This document shows, in pieces, positions 21,116 to 32,989 of a DNA stretch of 64,000 nucleotides (position 1 is the first letter of the stretch; the number at the start of each line of letters is the position of its first letter). The DNA is taken from assembly GCA_965248645.1 (NCBI GenBank), contig OZ252113.1, positions 1,782,590-1,846,589 on the forward strand, read 5' to 3'. Made by a program: the position numbers and the translations under genes. The DNA is from Acidobacteriota bacterium (GTDB lineage Bacteria; Acidobacteriota; UBA6911; RPQK01; G965248645). Under the pieces are notes generated by a model. The model was given only the letters and a program-made list of their open reading frames with translations, did not search any database and was not told where the DNA came from.

Positions 21116-22183
21116 ATGGATAAATCGCCTGAGTTTTTAATGGGTAAGCTACCTTCCGGGAGCAAAGGAACTTACCGGCTGCCGGTTAGAGTTGAGGAAA
21201 AGGTCGATCTAGCAAGCGCCGCCTATTTAGCTTCCACGGATGTGGTCTGCCAGGACAATATCCAGGATGAAATTGAAAAACGTTTTCAAGGACAGACCCT
21301 CTTTCTGCCAATACTGGCGGCACGGGGCACCCAAGAGGGCAAGACCTTGGTGGTCACGGCAGGAGTTCATGGAGATGAATACGAAGGGATGGAAGCCATC
21401 TATCGAATCTTCGAATCTCTGGATCCACGAGTGATGAAGGGGAGTTTCGTGGCGGTCCCTGTTGTGACTCTCCCAGCTTTCTGGCTGGGATCTCGGGTTA
21501 ACCCGCTGGACCAGAAGAACATGGCGCGGGTTTTCCCTGGTTCTCCGGAAGGGACATGTAGTCAGCGCGTGGCCCACATGTTGCTGCATCGGGTGCTTCG
21601 CGAGGGCGACCTTTATATCGATTGTCACAGCTCGGGACGTAACTATCAGATGATGACGCTTGTCGGATATTCCTCCATGGGAAAGCAGGCAAAGGTTGCT
21701 AAACAGGCGGCTGAAGTGTTTGGCGCTCCATTCATCTGGGAGCATGTCAGCGTCTCCCCGGGTCGAACCTTGTCTTCTACTCTGGCATTGGGAATCCCCT
21801 CTCTTTACACGGAGGCCCAAGGGGGAGGTCAGGCGCGGCGTGAGGATGTGGAGTGCTATACACGAGGCGTTGCCAACATATTGAAACTTTTGGAGATAGC
21901 GGAATTGCCTCAGGCGTCCGCTCCAGAGTTCCCCTCACGGTGTCTGTACGGGTCGGGAGATCTTGATCTTGCCCACCGATGTACCAAAGGGGGACTATTC
22001 TATGGCTCAGTTCCGGTGGGAACGAAAGTGGCTGCGGGAGATCGCATCGGTATCATTCGAGACCTTGAGGGAAGGGTGGCCGAGAAAATTGTGAGTCCAG
22101 AGGGCGGAGTAGTGATGCTGATTCGCTCCACTCCTCGGATCTTTCCGGGTGAAACGGTGATGGCCCTGACCGACACTCGCTGA
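21116..22183 (+). CDS. succinylglutamate desuccinylase / aspartoacylase (AstE/AspA) family zinc hydrolase
   Basis: The N-terminal metal-binding region is characteristic of the family (VTAGVHGDEYEG..). The length is 355 aa. Confidence 0.75.
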   Translation: MDKSPEFLMGKLPSGSKGTYRLPVRVEEKVDLASAAYLASTDVVCQDNIQDEIEKRFQGQTLFLPILAARGTQEGKTLVVTAGVHGDEYEGMEAIYRIFESLDPRVMKGSFVAVPVVTLPAFWLGSRVNPLDQKNMARVFPGSPEGTCSQRVAHMLLHRVLREGDLYIDCHSSGRNYQMMTLVGYSSMGKQAKVAKQAAEVFGAPFIWEHVSVSPGRTLSSTLALGIPSLYTEAQGGGQARREDVECYTRGVANILKLLEIAELPQASAPEFPSRCLYGSGDLDLAHRCTKGGLFYGSVPVGTKVAAGDRIGIIRDLEGRVAEKIVSPEGGVVMLIRSTPRIFPGETVMALTDTR

Positions 22184-22308
22184 GGGAAATAAAATAGTTC
22201 AGGGACCCTATTTGCACTGAATCGCTTGCTTGCGCTTCAGCTAGCCGACACATTGCTTTGACACTATAAAAGAGGAGTTTCGCTCCTGAATGAAGCAGCA
22301 CAGACTAG

Positions 22309-22959
22309 TTAATGAGTCGGTGCCCGAGCAGTAAGAGCTAACATTGTGACTTCTGCCTCGACGCGCCTATGGATATTGACGTTTGCGAATCCGGTCTTTG
22401 TCATCATGCTGGCGAGAAAGACTGCATCGGACAGTGGGTTATCACCATGCCCCCAGTGCTCTTTTCCCGCTTCTTCGTCTGTGACGAGAAGCCGTCCTGC
22501 TGGCTTTAAAATACGCAGGATCTCAACTAGAGCTGCCTCGGGATTTTCCCAGTGGTGCAGTGAGTTGATTGCTAACGCCACTGTCGCCGAAGCGTCCAGA
22601 AGGGGAAGGTGTTCCGCGACACCTTCGAGAAAATGGATTCGATCACGCTGGGGATGCGATGTGGAAAGCTCAATGGAAAATTGTATCATGGTAGTCGTAG
22701 GATCCACGCCAATGACACGACCGCTGGGTACTCTGGGTGCAGATTCACGGACGGCTGTGCCGCTCCCACATCCGATGTCTATGATTATGTCGTTAGGCTC
22801 GAGCTGAGCCAGTTCTACGGTCATGCGATTGGTGGGGTGGTCTCCCCAGTTCCTGACATACCATTCGGCGGTCTTTTCGTCCCAATCAACCCAATTATAC
22901 TCCTGCTTCGGGTAACGGTGGGATTGGTACTGGTCATCCTTTTTTCCAGTGTTGTTCAT
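22309..22959 (-). CDS. class I SAM-dependent methyltransferase
   Basis: The glycine-rich motif I is IIDIGCGSGTAV, followed by an acidic motif II. Confidence 0.75.
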   Translation of the reverse strand: MNNTGKKDDQYQSHRYPKQEYNWVDWDEKTAEWYVRNWGDHPTNRMTVELAQLEPNDIIIDIGCGSGTAVRESAPRVPSGRVIGVDPTTTMIQFSIELSTSHPQRDRIHFLEGVAEHLPLLDASATVALAINSLHHWENPEAALVEILRILKPAGRLLVTDEEAGKEHWGHGDNPLSDAVFLASMMTKTGFANVNIHRRVEAEVTMLALTARAPTH

Positions 22960-23834
22960 CTCGTGTGCTTGCCTTCACGAAGTGGATTATGCGAATTATT
23001 TCTGTCGGATTATATTTTATCCGTGACAAAATACCGAGAACTCCCGGGCGTGTAGAGGATGGGTGGTCAGCGATCCTTGCGGCAGACCAATTGTCACCGG
23101 CGTGCCGATGGTATACCAGTGGTTGTCATTCTCGACCAATTCTTCGAACTTTAGTTGTTTACCACTCAATTCCTCAATGATCTGCGATGCGGCAGGGATT
23201 GGCTTCTCCCTGTTACTATTGATCAATTCTAAAGACAAGTGATACTTTTAATGACGGCTGGTGCTTTTTGGCTTCGTCTTTTTGCGTAGCCGCAGCTTTT
23301 GTTTCTCCTAAGGGAGAAATGTTTTAAGAAAGCCTGTTTCACGTATGGGTCTTTGGACGAACTGATCCTGCCAAGGTGATCGGCAAAGCTCTTCTCAGGA
23401 GCTTGTGGCAACGGGAATTTCCCAAAACTGAACAAAGTATTAGCCTGAAGGGTAAGCGGCGTAAGCATGTGTGACCCGGGAATGGCGTAATTCCGCTGCT
23501 GGTTAGATGAAAAAAAGGTGCAGAATCTGGGATTTAACCCGAGGGCTTCTTATCCCTGCTGAATGAATTAAATGGGAAGAACTAGAATAGGCGGAGGCTC
23601 AAAGTGCATAGTTCACTCGTCAATCGAGAAGTGGTGTAGCTGGCCATGGGAGCCGTTCTGCCAGGGGTAGGGGAGCATGCTTTACTCCCAAGCCCTGAAT
23701 CTCGAGCAATCGTTGTTGCTATCCGGAGTGTACGATCTATTGGTCGGCGTGGGGATAAAGAAAGTAGTACGGGAGAATTTAGGGCTGAGATCGTCTCCTG
23801 AAGAGACTGGATGGGTCTGCGTGTCCTCTCCCGG

Positions 23835-24974
23835 TCATTGCCGCTGCCGGAATTTTTCTAGTGCTTTAAAATCGAGTACCACCCCATGGCCGGGACGATC
23901 AGGGGCAACTGCCTTACCGTCCTGCAATTGTAACTGGTTTTCCAAAAAACGCTCAAGGCCGAATCCATGCACTTCCAGGTAGGATGGGTTCGCGGTTCCT
24001 GCTAGCAAGTGTACATGGATGTCGTGAATTCCATGAGACGTGACTGGCAATCCCCTGGCATTGGCGAGCTGAGCCACGTGGAGCCAGGGAGTGATACCAC
24101 CAAGTGTGGCGGCATCCGGTTCTGGAAAGTGGACTTTTCCCCACTTCATGAGAGTCTCGAACTCATAGACACTATGAAGGTTCTCACCGCTTGCAATCGG
24201 AATTCCCCCTTCCCGGACAATCCGTGCATGACCTTGGATATCCTCGGGAATAGTGGGCTCTTCCAGCCAGTACAGATCAAACTTAGCCAGTGCGCGGGCT
24301 GCCTGGACCGCCTCGTCGACCTCCCAACGCATGTTCGCATCCACCATGAGTGGCACATCGGGACCAAGGAAATCACGCATTGCACCTACTCGCTCAATGT
24401 CTTCCGATAGACACCTTCTTCCGACCTTCATCTTGATTGCATGAAACCCCTTGGAGAGAAAAGTGCGTGTTTGGGAAAAGAGAGCTTCGATCGGAAGGTC
24501 GAGATCGATGCCTCCAGCGTAGGCCTGTACCTCGCGAGTGTTTCCACCGATTAACCGCCAGAGCGGTTGGCCTTCATGCTTACCCAGTAAGTCCCACAAC
24601 GCGATGTCGATAGCAGCCATGGCGAACGTGGTTATGCCGCCTCGACCTACGAAATGTAGGGCCACCACATCTTTTCCCAGAGCTTGTTGACGGCGGTGGG
24701 GTCTGCGCCCAGCAGCAGCGGTTCCAGGTCGGATGCGATCACTCTCCGAATGGCGCTAGCGCCAATGTTATGGACGGTGTAGGTGTAGCCTAGACCTTCC
24801 TGTCCAGCGGTATCGATGACCCGTACCACAATTAAACCGAAGACCGAGATTTCTCCATGGGTAGAGTCCGAAAGTGGGTTATCCAGTTGGTATGCGAAAA
24901 TGATCCGCGTGAAGTTCTGCGATCTCCAAGGTGGTCTCCTCTCCTGGTTCTTGACTGGAGTGAAAGGCGCACAT
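23835..24974 (-). pseudogene. mandelate racemase / muconate lactonizing enzyme family (enolase superfamily) gene with two frameshifts (near 24870 and 24655)
   Basis: Three consecutive frames on the minus strand each carry a consecutive part of an MR/MLE protein. They are MCAFHSSQEPGEETTLEIAELHADHFRIPTG, then ..GEISVFGLIVVRVIDTAGQEGLGYTY.., then the barrel domain ..AMAAIDIALWDLLGK... The reconstructed length is about 380 aa. Confidence 0.65.
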
Positions 24975-25678
24975 ACAGTTCACGAAGCGTGGCTATTCGT
25001 TGATGTTGCAAGTGCGGACTTTTGAAGCAAGAGGTTCACCACACTCTTTATGAAATTCTCAGCCGCTAGCATTGCTGAGGAAACTGTAGCCCGTGTAGTT
25101 GAGCCCATTTTTTCAAGACAATAAGCACAGCCACCAACCCCTCGATGACCCACCATTGTCACCATTATCGGTCGGCGGTCCAGGTTGAGAGCCTACTATA
25201 CAGTTCGTGACGGTTTTTTGCAGGGCTGTAGAGCAGGGAAAGGGCAGCCAAAGAGCCTTTACTTCATCGAAATACTTCTCAGCAGTATCAGGTGTGCCGG
25301 GATTTACCATTAACAACTGGCGCAGGATGGGAAAGTATTTTCAATCCTCCCTGTGCGGGTTCGCGTGCGGCTATGGCTCGAGATTCATGACCCTCCTTAG
25401 CTGAGCCTCATGAGGGTACATCCGCTAGAGCACGACTTTGTATTCTCCGTTGAAATCGGTTTGGACTTCGAGGGTTGCAAGCATTACCACATGGAGGATC
25501 TTATTGTGGTGACTGACACTGGGGCTCACCCGCTGATCGATCTTCCGAATGACTACCTTAGGGTTAGGGATTGAAATGGGAGAAAGTTGCTCAGTGGTCA
25601 CAGCCACAGTTAGCGTTACCACATCGAAAGCGCTGGAACAACCACACCCAAGGTGATCGGTAGAACCTGATTCATGTG

Positions 25679-26806
25679 TTAGCGTAAGGGGTGAATTACG
25701 CGGACGCGGTTAGCCTCGCTGTCTCCGACGAAGACCCGGCCGTCAGAATCGACGAACACCCCATGAGGTCTTGCCATTTTGCAGGCCAACGGATCACCAA
25801 CGGGTCCGTCTCCTCTCTCACCTGTACCTGCAATGAGCTCAAGAGTTTTTTTCCTCAGGTCAATCATACGAATACTGTGACTTTCGGTATCGGCCAGATA
25901 AACATTTCCGTTTGGGGCGATACTGAGCCCCTTTGGCCCTGACAAGGTGGCTTGTCGGGCAGGACCCCCATTACCTGTAAACCCTTTTTCTCCAGTTCCC
26001 GCGATGTGATAAATCGTTCCCAACTGCAGATCAAGTTTATAGACAGCGTTTCCTTCGCGTAGGGCCAACCACATATTTCCTTCCTGGTCGAAATCGATGG
26101 CGCGCGGCCCATTTAATGGTGTGCCCTGGATCTTGGCGCCATCCGGAGTTAGAGCTTGCTCTCCTGTACCAGCAAAAGTTGTGATAACTCCAGTATTCAT
26201 GTCGACTCTGCGAATACGATGGTTGCCTATGTCACAAATGTAGAGGTCTCCTCTAGGGTGGAATTGCATGCTGTGGGGTTCGTTGAGGGCTGCTTTCACA
26301 GCAGGTCCACCATCCCCTGAGAAACCCTTTTTTCCTGTCCCCGCTACAGTCGAAATGGTTTGGTTCTTAAGATCCAGGCGGCGCACGACATGATTGAGTC
26401 TCTCGACCCAAAACATGTTTCCCTTTTTGTCAAATCGTATTTCGTAGGGTTCGTTGAGTCTAGCCTCGGTAGGTGTGTCCCCATCAGCCGAATAGCCGGG
26501 TATTCCAGAACCGACAACAGTAGATATCGTGCCGGCGGCAGACACTTTGCGAATAACGTGGTTCATGGTGTCGCAAATGTAAAGAGCGCCATCCGGGCTG
26601 CGAACAACTCCGAAAGGATTATCCAAAAGGGCACACGTGGCTGGGCCTCCATCGCCTGAATAACCAGCACGACCCACTCCGGAAAATGTGTCAATCTGTG
26701 CTCGGACTGGCAAAGTAGATTGCTCTATTCCTGGGACACCAATCAGGAAGAAGAAGGCCGAAGTCAGAATCAAGAGATGGCTACGCGCCAATTGGATGAT
26801 CCTCAT
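25679..26806 (-). CDS. NHL-repeat (six-bladed beta-propeller) secreted protein
   Basis: An N-terminal signal peptide is present, and repeated NHL-type units recur about 6 times (..DGxLYIxDxxNHRIRRVD..). Confidence 0.8.
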   Translation of the reverse strand: MRIIQLARSHLLILTSAFFFLIGVPGIEQSTLPVRAQIDTFSGVGRAGYSGDGGPATCALLDNPFGVVRSPDGALYICDTMNHVIRKVSAAGTISTVVGSGIPGYSADGDTPTEARLNEPYEIRFDKKGNMFWVERLNHVVRRLDLKNQTISTVAGTGKKGFSGDGGPAVKAALNEPHSMQFHPRGDLYICDIGNHRIRRVDMNTGVITTFAGTGEQALTPDGAKIQGTPLNGPRAIDFDQEGNMWLALREGNAVYKLDLQLGTIYHIAGTGEKGFTGNGGPARQATLSGPKGLSIAPNGNVYLADTESHSIRMIDLRKKTLELIAGTGERGDGPVGDPLACKMARPHGVFVDSDGRVFVGDSEANRVRVIHPLR

Positions 26807-27097
26807 TTCTCCCGACTACTAAACGCATACTTTTGCCAGATAGATACTCAGTTTCATCGTGATTTGGTGACCGAGGTGCATGGACTGAAAGACTACGTAG
26901 AGGAGTTTATTGCTTTCCCTGACATCCATGATATCGAAAGCTAATGTATAATTGCCCTCGCCGATTATTCCTGTCCTTTGGATTCCCTAATAGACCTCAT
27001 GGCCTGACGCCGGTCTGTGATTGGCAAAACTGCAACACATCATGATGGATAGTAGCTGACTTGTTAGCTACCTTGCCCTCATGAGCTGTTTTACGTG

Positions 27098-27889
27098 CTA
27101 TATCTTTCCGTCGTGCAGCAGTTCACATGTAAGTTGGCGGCGGTAGTTATCGGCAATGACATGATTCTTCTTGACGTGTGCCGCGTAATATACAGATCCC
27201 AGTGCACGGCGGTTACGGTTACTTGTATTACCATCCGCACGATGGATCGTCAGGCCATGGTGAACTAAGATGTCACCCGGCGCAGCGCAGATAGCCACCT
27301 CGTGGGCTTGATCCTGAGGCCCATAATCAACAAGTCCCTGTGAAAAGCCCAGTGTATTCGTGCGGGTGTGGTCGCGCAAGCCGCACTTGTGTGAGCCGAC
27401 GATGTAGCGCACACAACCGTTTTGCTCGTCTACAGGGTCCAGTGCGAGCCACATATTGACCATTTCGATGGGCTGGATCTTGTCGTAAAATCCGTCCTGA
27501 TGTGCGGGGGTGGGCTTACCAACCCTCGGGGGTTTGTTGAACCACTGGAGATCACGGGGAACGACAGGACAACCCAAGAGGTGGGCAGCCAATTGGCTCA
27601 TGCGCTGATGACGGTGAAACCGGTAGAAATAGTTATCGCTCTGGTCAATGCGTGGCAACTGCTTCAGGGTTGAAGGATCGCCCTTGATTTCATAGAACGC
27701 CTTCGAGGGTGGAAGTGTCGGTACCACATTGGCAACGTAACGTTCTATCTCACATATAATCTCGTCAACTTCCTCACGTCTGAGAAAGGCACGGATAGCC
27801 GCGAAGCCGTCTCTTGTGAACTGCAACATAGCTCGGCGCAACTGCTCCGATCCCATCATAATGTTTCCCTCGGGTTTGTTCGTGGGCAT
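27098..27889 (-). CDS. phytanoyl-CoA dioxygenase (PhyH) family Fe(II)/2-oxoglutarate dioxygenase
   Basis: The HxD...H facial-triad context is present (HQDGFYD ... HHGLTIHRADGN), and the length is typical of the family. Confidence 0.75.
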   Translation of the reverse strand: MPTNKPEGNIMMGSEQLRRAMLQFTRDGFAAIRAFLRREEVDEIICEIERYVANVVPTLPPSKAFYEIKGDPSTLKQLPRIDQSDNYFYRFHRHQRMSQLAAHLLGCPVVPRDLQWFNKPPRVGKPTPAHQDGFYDKIQPIEMVNMWLALDPVDEQNGCVRYIVGSHKCGLRDHTRTNTLGFSQGLVDYGPQDQAHEVAICAAPGDILVHHGLTIHRADGNTSNRNRRALGSVYYAAHVKKNHVIADNYRRQLTCELLHDGKI

Positions 27890-28525
27890 GAAGCGATTTC
27901 GCTGCCTTCAGTGGCCAGCACTGGCGGCATTTTGAAGTCGTAGACAGATCATATACGAATGTTCCAGGCTCGTGTAAGGGCGAATGTGCGCGGCACACGT
28001 GTCTACTCTGGATATTCTCGTAGTGACCGGTGGAGATCCGGCTCGCCGCTTCCCGAAACTGGGGGCAACGAGAGCTATCCGACATTTAGTTTTGTAAGGC
28101 CCCGAGGCATTCTACGTTTTCCTGCCAGGAGACGCCGATCTTTTAGCAGTCAAAAATATTCTGCTTTATACTGACATCGTTCTTCCACAGATAGGCTCAG
28201 TCCAGAATAGTTTTCTACGTTGAACCTTTATGATGGTCACGGGATTATAGGGTCTTTCCCGGCCGCCGGGATAGGTGAATCTAAAATGCACACCTTCCCC
28301 TGCGGCTGTACATGAAATCACGTGCAGGACTACACCCCCCAGTCCAAGGCTACAATCCTGCAGATAGTTCCACGGGTTCGGATCAGACTTCCAAAGGGTA
28401 GGGATCTCCGAGCTAGACTCTTCAATCTCCAGGACGTATTATCTGCAAGAGTAACACAGGTACTGGACTCATCTGAGACCACGTAACTAATAGTTCACGA
28501 GTGAATCCAAGAAGCCGGGGGAGTA

Positions 28526-30985
28526 ATGCCAGACAGATTACAACGGGCCTTCAACAGCACATACGAGGGGCTGTATCTGTCTCATATCGCTTTTCCGTTG
28601 GGAGGTATTGGCGCCGGTATGATCTGTCTAGAGGGTTCTGGTACCCTATCCCAGTTTTCTTTACGTAACGCACCAAACGTGTTTCACGAGCCCATGGTTT
28701 TTGGTGCATTGAAACTGCAGGGAGGTGGGCAAGCTGCCCGAGTGCTTGAAGGACCAGTGGCCGAGTGGAAGATATTTGGCTTGCAGGGTGCCGGAAACGG
28801 GGGAGGGAACCACATTCACGGATTCCCCCGTTTTGATGTGGCGACTTTTAATTCCCGGTTTCCGTTTGCCACGGTCGATCTGGTAGATGCCGCTATTCCG
28901 CTGAGGTGCAACCTGACCGGCTGGAGTCCGTTCATTCCCGGCATGGCAGATGACTCGAGTCTTCCCTTCGCAGTGTTGGAGTATGGCTTTCAGAACCCGA
29001 CGCAAGAAACCGTGGAGGCCGTTTTCTCATTCCACACTGCCAACTGTATGGCCACTTCAGTCGCAGGTGCTTCGGTCTCTGTTATTGATAGCGGGTTTGT
29101 CCTTCGTCAAGCCGGTTCGGACGAAAACCCCACAGATGAAGGTGCTTTGGCAGTGATCTGCCTTGATGCTGACGCGAGCATCGACTGCTCTTGGTTCCGC
29201 GGTGGTTGGTTTGACACCCGCACAATAGTATGGCGGCATATCGAAGCAGGTGATGTCGTTAACAATCCGCCCCTAACTGACGGAGACCCAAGTCCTGGTG
29301 GCAGTGTGTATGTTCCCTTTTCTTTGACGTCATGCGAGTCGAAGCACGTCACGATTCTGATGACTTGGCATGTGCCGAAAACCGAATTGAGAACAGGGCA
29401 AGAACTGGATGGCCAGGTTAATGATGGTAAATGGGTTGAGCAAGGAGACACGCACGTTCCCTGGTACACTGGAAGATTTGCATGCGTTGAGGAGTTAGTC
29501 GAGTATGGACAGAGGAACCTTTCACGGCTCCGGAACGAGAGCAGCCGCTTCCGGGACTGTTTCTACGACACCACCTTGCCACCCGTAGTCGTGGAGGCGG
29601 TTGCCGCCAACCTGAGTATTCTCAAGTCGCCCACGATTCTCCGACAGGCTGGCGGACAGCTATGGTGCTGGGAGGGTAGCAGCGATACGGCAGGTTGCTG
29701 TGCAGGCTCCTGTACGCACGTCTGGAACTACGCCCAGGCACTATCGCACCTTTTCCCGGATCTAGAACGAAGCCTTCGGCATAGCGAGTTTTACGAGAGC
29801 CAAAATGAGGAAGGACATCAAGTTTTCCGGACGGCGCTGCCGATCCGACAGCAACGGCACATCAGCCACGCTGCCGCTGATGGTCAGCTCGGCGGCATCA
29901 TGAAGGTCTACCGAGAATGGAAAATCAGTGGAGATATCGACTGGCTTCGCAAGTTTTGGGCTCGGGTGCGTAAGAGTCTGGACTATTGCATTGAAACATG
30001 GGATCCGTCGGAACTCGGGTTGCTTGTTGAGCCGCATCATAACACTTACGACATCGAATTCTGGGGTCCAGATGCTATGTGTACAAGCTTCTACCTGGGT
30101 GCGTTGCGAGCCGCGACCATAATGGGTAAGTCACTCGGCGATAATGTGAGCCGATATGGTAAGCTCTACGCGCGCGGCCGGCTGTGCATGGAGGAGAAGC
30201 TCTACAATGGTGAATACTTCATACAGGACATTCAGTGGAGGGACTTACTGACTGGTGATCCGACGGAGGCGAAAGCCTTGGTCTGTATCAGGTGGAGCCC
30301 CGAAGCTGTTGAGTTGGCTAGAAGAGAAGGTCCCAAGTATCAGTACGGCACGGGATGTCTATCCGACGGAGTACTGGGTGCGTGGATCGCGGCTGTCTGC
30401 GGCATCGGCGAGATTCTGGACACTGAAAAAATTCGGAATCACCTACTTGCCGTGTATCGGCATAACCTGAAGCATGACCTTCGGAACCATTCTAATCCAC
30501 AACGGCCGGGATACGCGGTAGGGAAGGAAGGTGGCCTGCTTCTCTGTACATGGCCCAGGGGAGGTGAGTTGTGTCTGCCGTTTGTGTACAGCAATGAGGT
30601 CTGGACAGGTATCGAGTATCAGGTGGCTTCTCATCTGATGTTGATGGGCTGCGTCAAAGAGGGGCTAGATATTGTCCGCGTCGCTCGTTCGCGCTACGAC
30701 GGTCGCGTGCGCAATCCCTTTAATGAATATGAATGTGGACACTGGTATGCTCGAGCACTTTCTTCGTACGGTTTGTTGCAGGGTCTCACAGGAATCCGAT
30801 ATGACGCGGTCGAAAAGACGCTGTATGTCGAACCCCGCATTCAAGGGGACTTCCGCTCATTCTTTTGTATAGCAACAGGATATGGAACGGCAGGAGTTAG
30901 AGATGGGCAGCCATACTTCGAAGTGCAATACGGAACCAGCCAGATTTCCCGAACGGTCTACACGCCATACAGGCCGAAGGGATGA
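28526..30985 (+). CDS. GH116-like glycoside hydrolase (GBA2-type beta-glucosidase/glucosylceramidase family)
   Basis: The N-terminal PLGGIGAG motif matches the GBA2 N-terminal domain, and the protein has the roughly 800-aa size of bacterial GH116 enzymes. The assignment is from remembered family features, not a search. Confidence 0.6.
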   Translation: MPDRLQRAFNSTYEGLYLSHIAFPLGGIGAGMICLEGSGTLSQFSLRNAPNVFHEPMVFGALKLQGGGQAARVLEGPVAEWKIFGLQGAGNGGGNHIHGFPRFDVATFNSRFPFATVDLVDAAIPLRCNLTGWSPFIPGMADDSSLPFAVLEYGFQNPTQETVEAVFSFHTANCMATSVAGASVSVIDSGFVLRQAGSDENPTDEGALAVICLDADASIDCSWFRGGWFDTRTIVWRHIEAGDVVNNPPLTDGDPSPGGSVYVPFSLTSCESKHVTILMTWHVPKTELRTGQELDGQVNDGKWVEQGDTHVPWYTGRFACVEELVEYGQRNLSRLRNESSRFRDCFYDTTLPPVVVEAVAANLSILKSPTILRQAGGQLWCWEGSSDTAGCCAGSCTHVWNYAQALSHLFPDLERSLRHSEFYESQNEEGHQVFRTALPIRQQRHISHAAADGQLGGIMKVYREWKISGDIDWLRKFWARVRKSLDYCIETWDPSELGLLVEPHHNTYDIEFWGPDAMCTSFYLGALRAATIMGKSLGDNVSRYGKLYARGRLCMEEKLYNGEYFIQDIQWRDLLTGDPTEAKALVCIRWSPEAVELARREGPKYQYGTGCLSDGVLGAWIAAVCGIGEILDTEKIRNHLLAVYRHNLKHDLRNHSNPQRPGYAVGKEGGLLLCTWPRGGELCLPFVYSNEVWTGIEYQVASHLMLMGCVKEGLDIVRVARSRYDGRVRNPFNEYECGHWYARALSSYGLLQGLTGIRYDAVEKTLYVEPRIQGDFRSFFCIATGYGTAGVRDGQPYFEVQYGTSQISRTVYTPYRPKG

Positions 30986-31796
30986 TGGGCGACGAAGACT
31001 CCCCAGAGGACGAGGAAAAACCGCACTTCTAGCTTCCCTTTAGTAGACAACTCACTGTTTCCAAGTGGGCTCATCTAGGGTGGGTCGACCTGGAATTAAG
31101 CGAGGATCAGCACCTACAGTTTTCATGTGTTCTAGCACACACGGGGCTCGATCGTTCACAAGAAGACGCGTAGCGTGAAGCTGGACCCGGATCTATTTGG
31201 GGCACGCGCCACTGGACATGACTGTGAAAACCTACTTGCATATAGATGAGGGGCAGAGAAGGTAAGCTGCTGAAGCGGCAGCCCGATGCCATCACGACTG
31301 TTTACCCACTCAGAGCTAATTGAAACGGGTCACATTCAGTAGTTGCCTTTGTACGTTATAGGGGAAGAGAAGGGTCAGATGGTGTACCCGAGAGGATTCG
31401 AATCCGTGACCTTTGGTTTCGTAGATTAAATTGATGTTACCTTGTTTTCTCTTTTCATCCCTTCACGTCCCTGTTGTTGTCTTAAAATTCATGTTGTTCA
31501 GCCCGTATTGGTAACCATTTGTGACCGATTTGTGTTTCCTTGGGTGATTTTCAGCTGAAAGGGCGTGAACGGCGACATCAAGCCGTCGCAGCCCAAGAGC
31601 AGCATGTCAGATGGGCGGGAAAGCTGGCGATAAGAAATGCTCTTGACAGCTACGAGCCTGCTCCTCCGTGCTCACATTCTGATTGATAATTAGACAAGCT
31701 GCCACGAAAACCATTTACAGCACAAGGGCTGTCAGATGAACTCTTAGCACTCCCACCTTTGTTTAAGTAACCCGTCTCCGGGAGATCTTAGGATGT

Positions 31797-32903
31797 TTAG
31801 AGGGAAAAACGCTTACGCAATCTATGAGCGGCAGTACACATCCGCCTTAGCTTTACGAATGCCTCATCAATGGTCGGTGGCTCCTCTGCGTCCGGAGCGA
31901 AACCGCAATCGGGGTTGAGGGATATACGGTCTGGATTTATAAGGGCCGCCCCCGCTGCCCCGATTGCTTCGATCTCTTCGACCGTTTGGAGGTGCTCAGA
32001 CCGAATGTCAATTACTCCCATTCCTACACCAAGGTGATCTGGAAGTAACTTCAAATCCGTGATCTCGCCCGTGTTCCTGTAGGCAAACTCAAGATTGATA
32101 CGGTCGATATGTAACGCAGCTAAGCGGGGTAATATCTGCTTGTAGTTTCCATCTACATCGCTTTGGCGTTTATAGACACTATGGCAACAGTGTAAATGAG
32201 TCTCGGCATCTAATCCCTCGACTATTGCGTTGATGGTATCGACGGCGATTGGGAGCTGCTCATCGATGTTCCACTCCTGCAGAAGGCGCTCATCACAGGT
32301 GTCGCCCCGCATGACTCGTTCGTCACAGAAGTAGGTTAAGGCCGGATCGTCCACTTGGATGATATCAATCCCGACTTCTACGAGATTTTTCCCCTCCCGA
32401 AGTAGAACTTCGGCGAGATGATCTATGAAATGCCGGCGTGAGGGATAGGCATCACGGCTGTAGTCTTCATGCCAGTAACGGGTAGCGATTAGAAAAGGGC
32501 TTGGAAGGGTGAATTTTGTAACCCGATCCGTGTTCTCAACAAGAAACTGGGCGTCTTCCCCAAAAACTGGTTCACTCGTTTGAATGCGTCGAACGACTAC
32601 ATTGGTCAAGTTATCCTCCCCTCGATACCTGAACTTGCGAACCTTTTCAAACCCTCCAATGCGATGCAAAAACTCACCAATATAGTGAACACGCCTCCAC
32701 TCGCCGTCGCTTACGACATCCAAGCCCGCCTGTTCCTGAAGACGAATAGCGAAGAGAACCATGTCATCCATAGCACAGCGGAAGCGGTCTCGCGACATCT
32801 CCCTCTTTGGCGCCAGGAGGTCCAACAGCACCTTTGGACGCGGCAGTGAGCCTATGACATGTGTATAAAAAAGTGGGAGATGCTTGGTGTTTTCCGTGAT
32901 CAT
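31797..32903 (-). CDS. cobalamin-independent methionine synthase-like protein (MetE C-terminal-domain-only family, Meth_synt_2)
   Basis: The 368-aa single-domain MetE-like protein carries the motifs VIGSLPRP..VVSDGEWRR.., with a histidine/cysteine zinc-site context in the C-terminal half. Confidence 0.8.
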   Translation of the reverse strand: MITENTKHLPLFYTHVIGSLPRPKVLLDLLAPKREMSRDRFRCAMDDMVLFAIRLQEQAGLDVVSDGEWRRVHYIGEFLHRIGGFEKVRKFRYRGEDNLTNVVVRRIQTSEPVFGEDAQFLVENTDRVTKFTLPSPFLIATRYWHEDYSRDAYPSRRHFIDHLAEVLLREGKNLVEVGIDIIQVDDPALTYFCDERVMRGDTCDERLLQEWNIDEQLPIAVDTINAIVEGLDAETHLHCCHSVYKRQSDVDGNYKQILPRLAALHIDRINLEFAYRNTGEITDLKLLPDHLGVGMGVIDIRSEHLQTVEEIEAIGAAGAALINPDRISLNPDCGFAPDAEEPPTIDEAFVKLRRMCTAAHRLRKRFSL

Positions 32904-32989
32904 AACTCGATGCCAAATCCTTATCTAACTTGACGGAACTGTCAAGTTAATCTCTCCTGAGAATTGTCGCTACCTGTATATCGCGCTGC

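Noticed and set aside
31381-31470. Possible intact tRNA gene around TTCGAATCC
   Set aside because: No cloverleaf can be built on either strand. The T-stem halves do not pair, and no 5-prime acceptor strand complementary to CGGGTAC is present. It is kept only as a possible att-site remnant.
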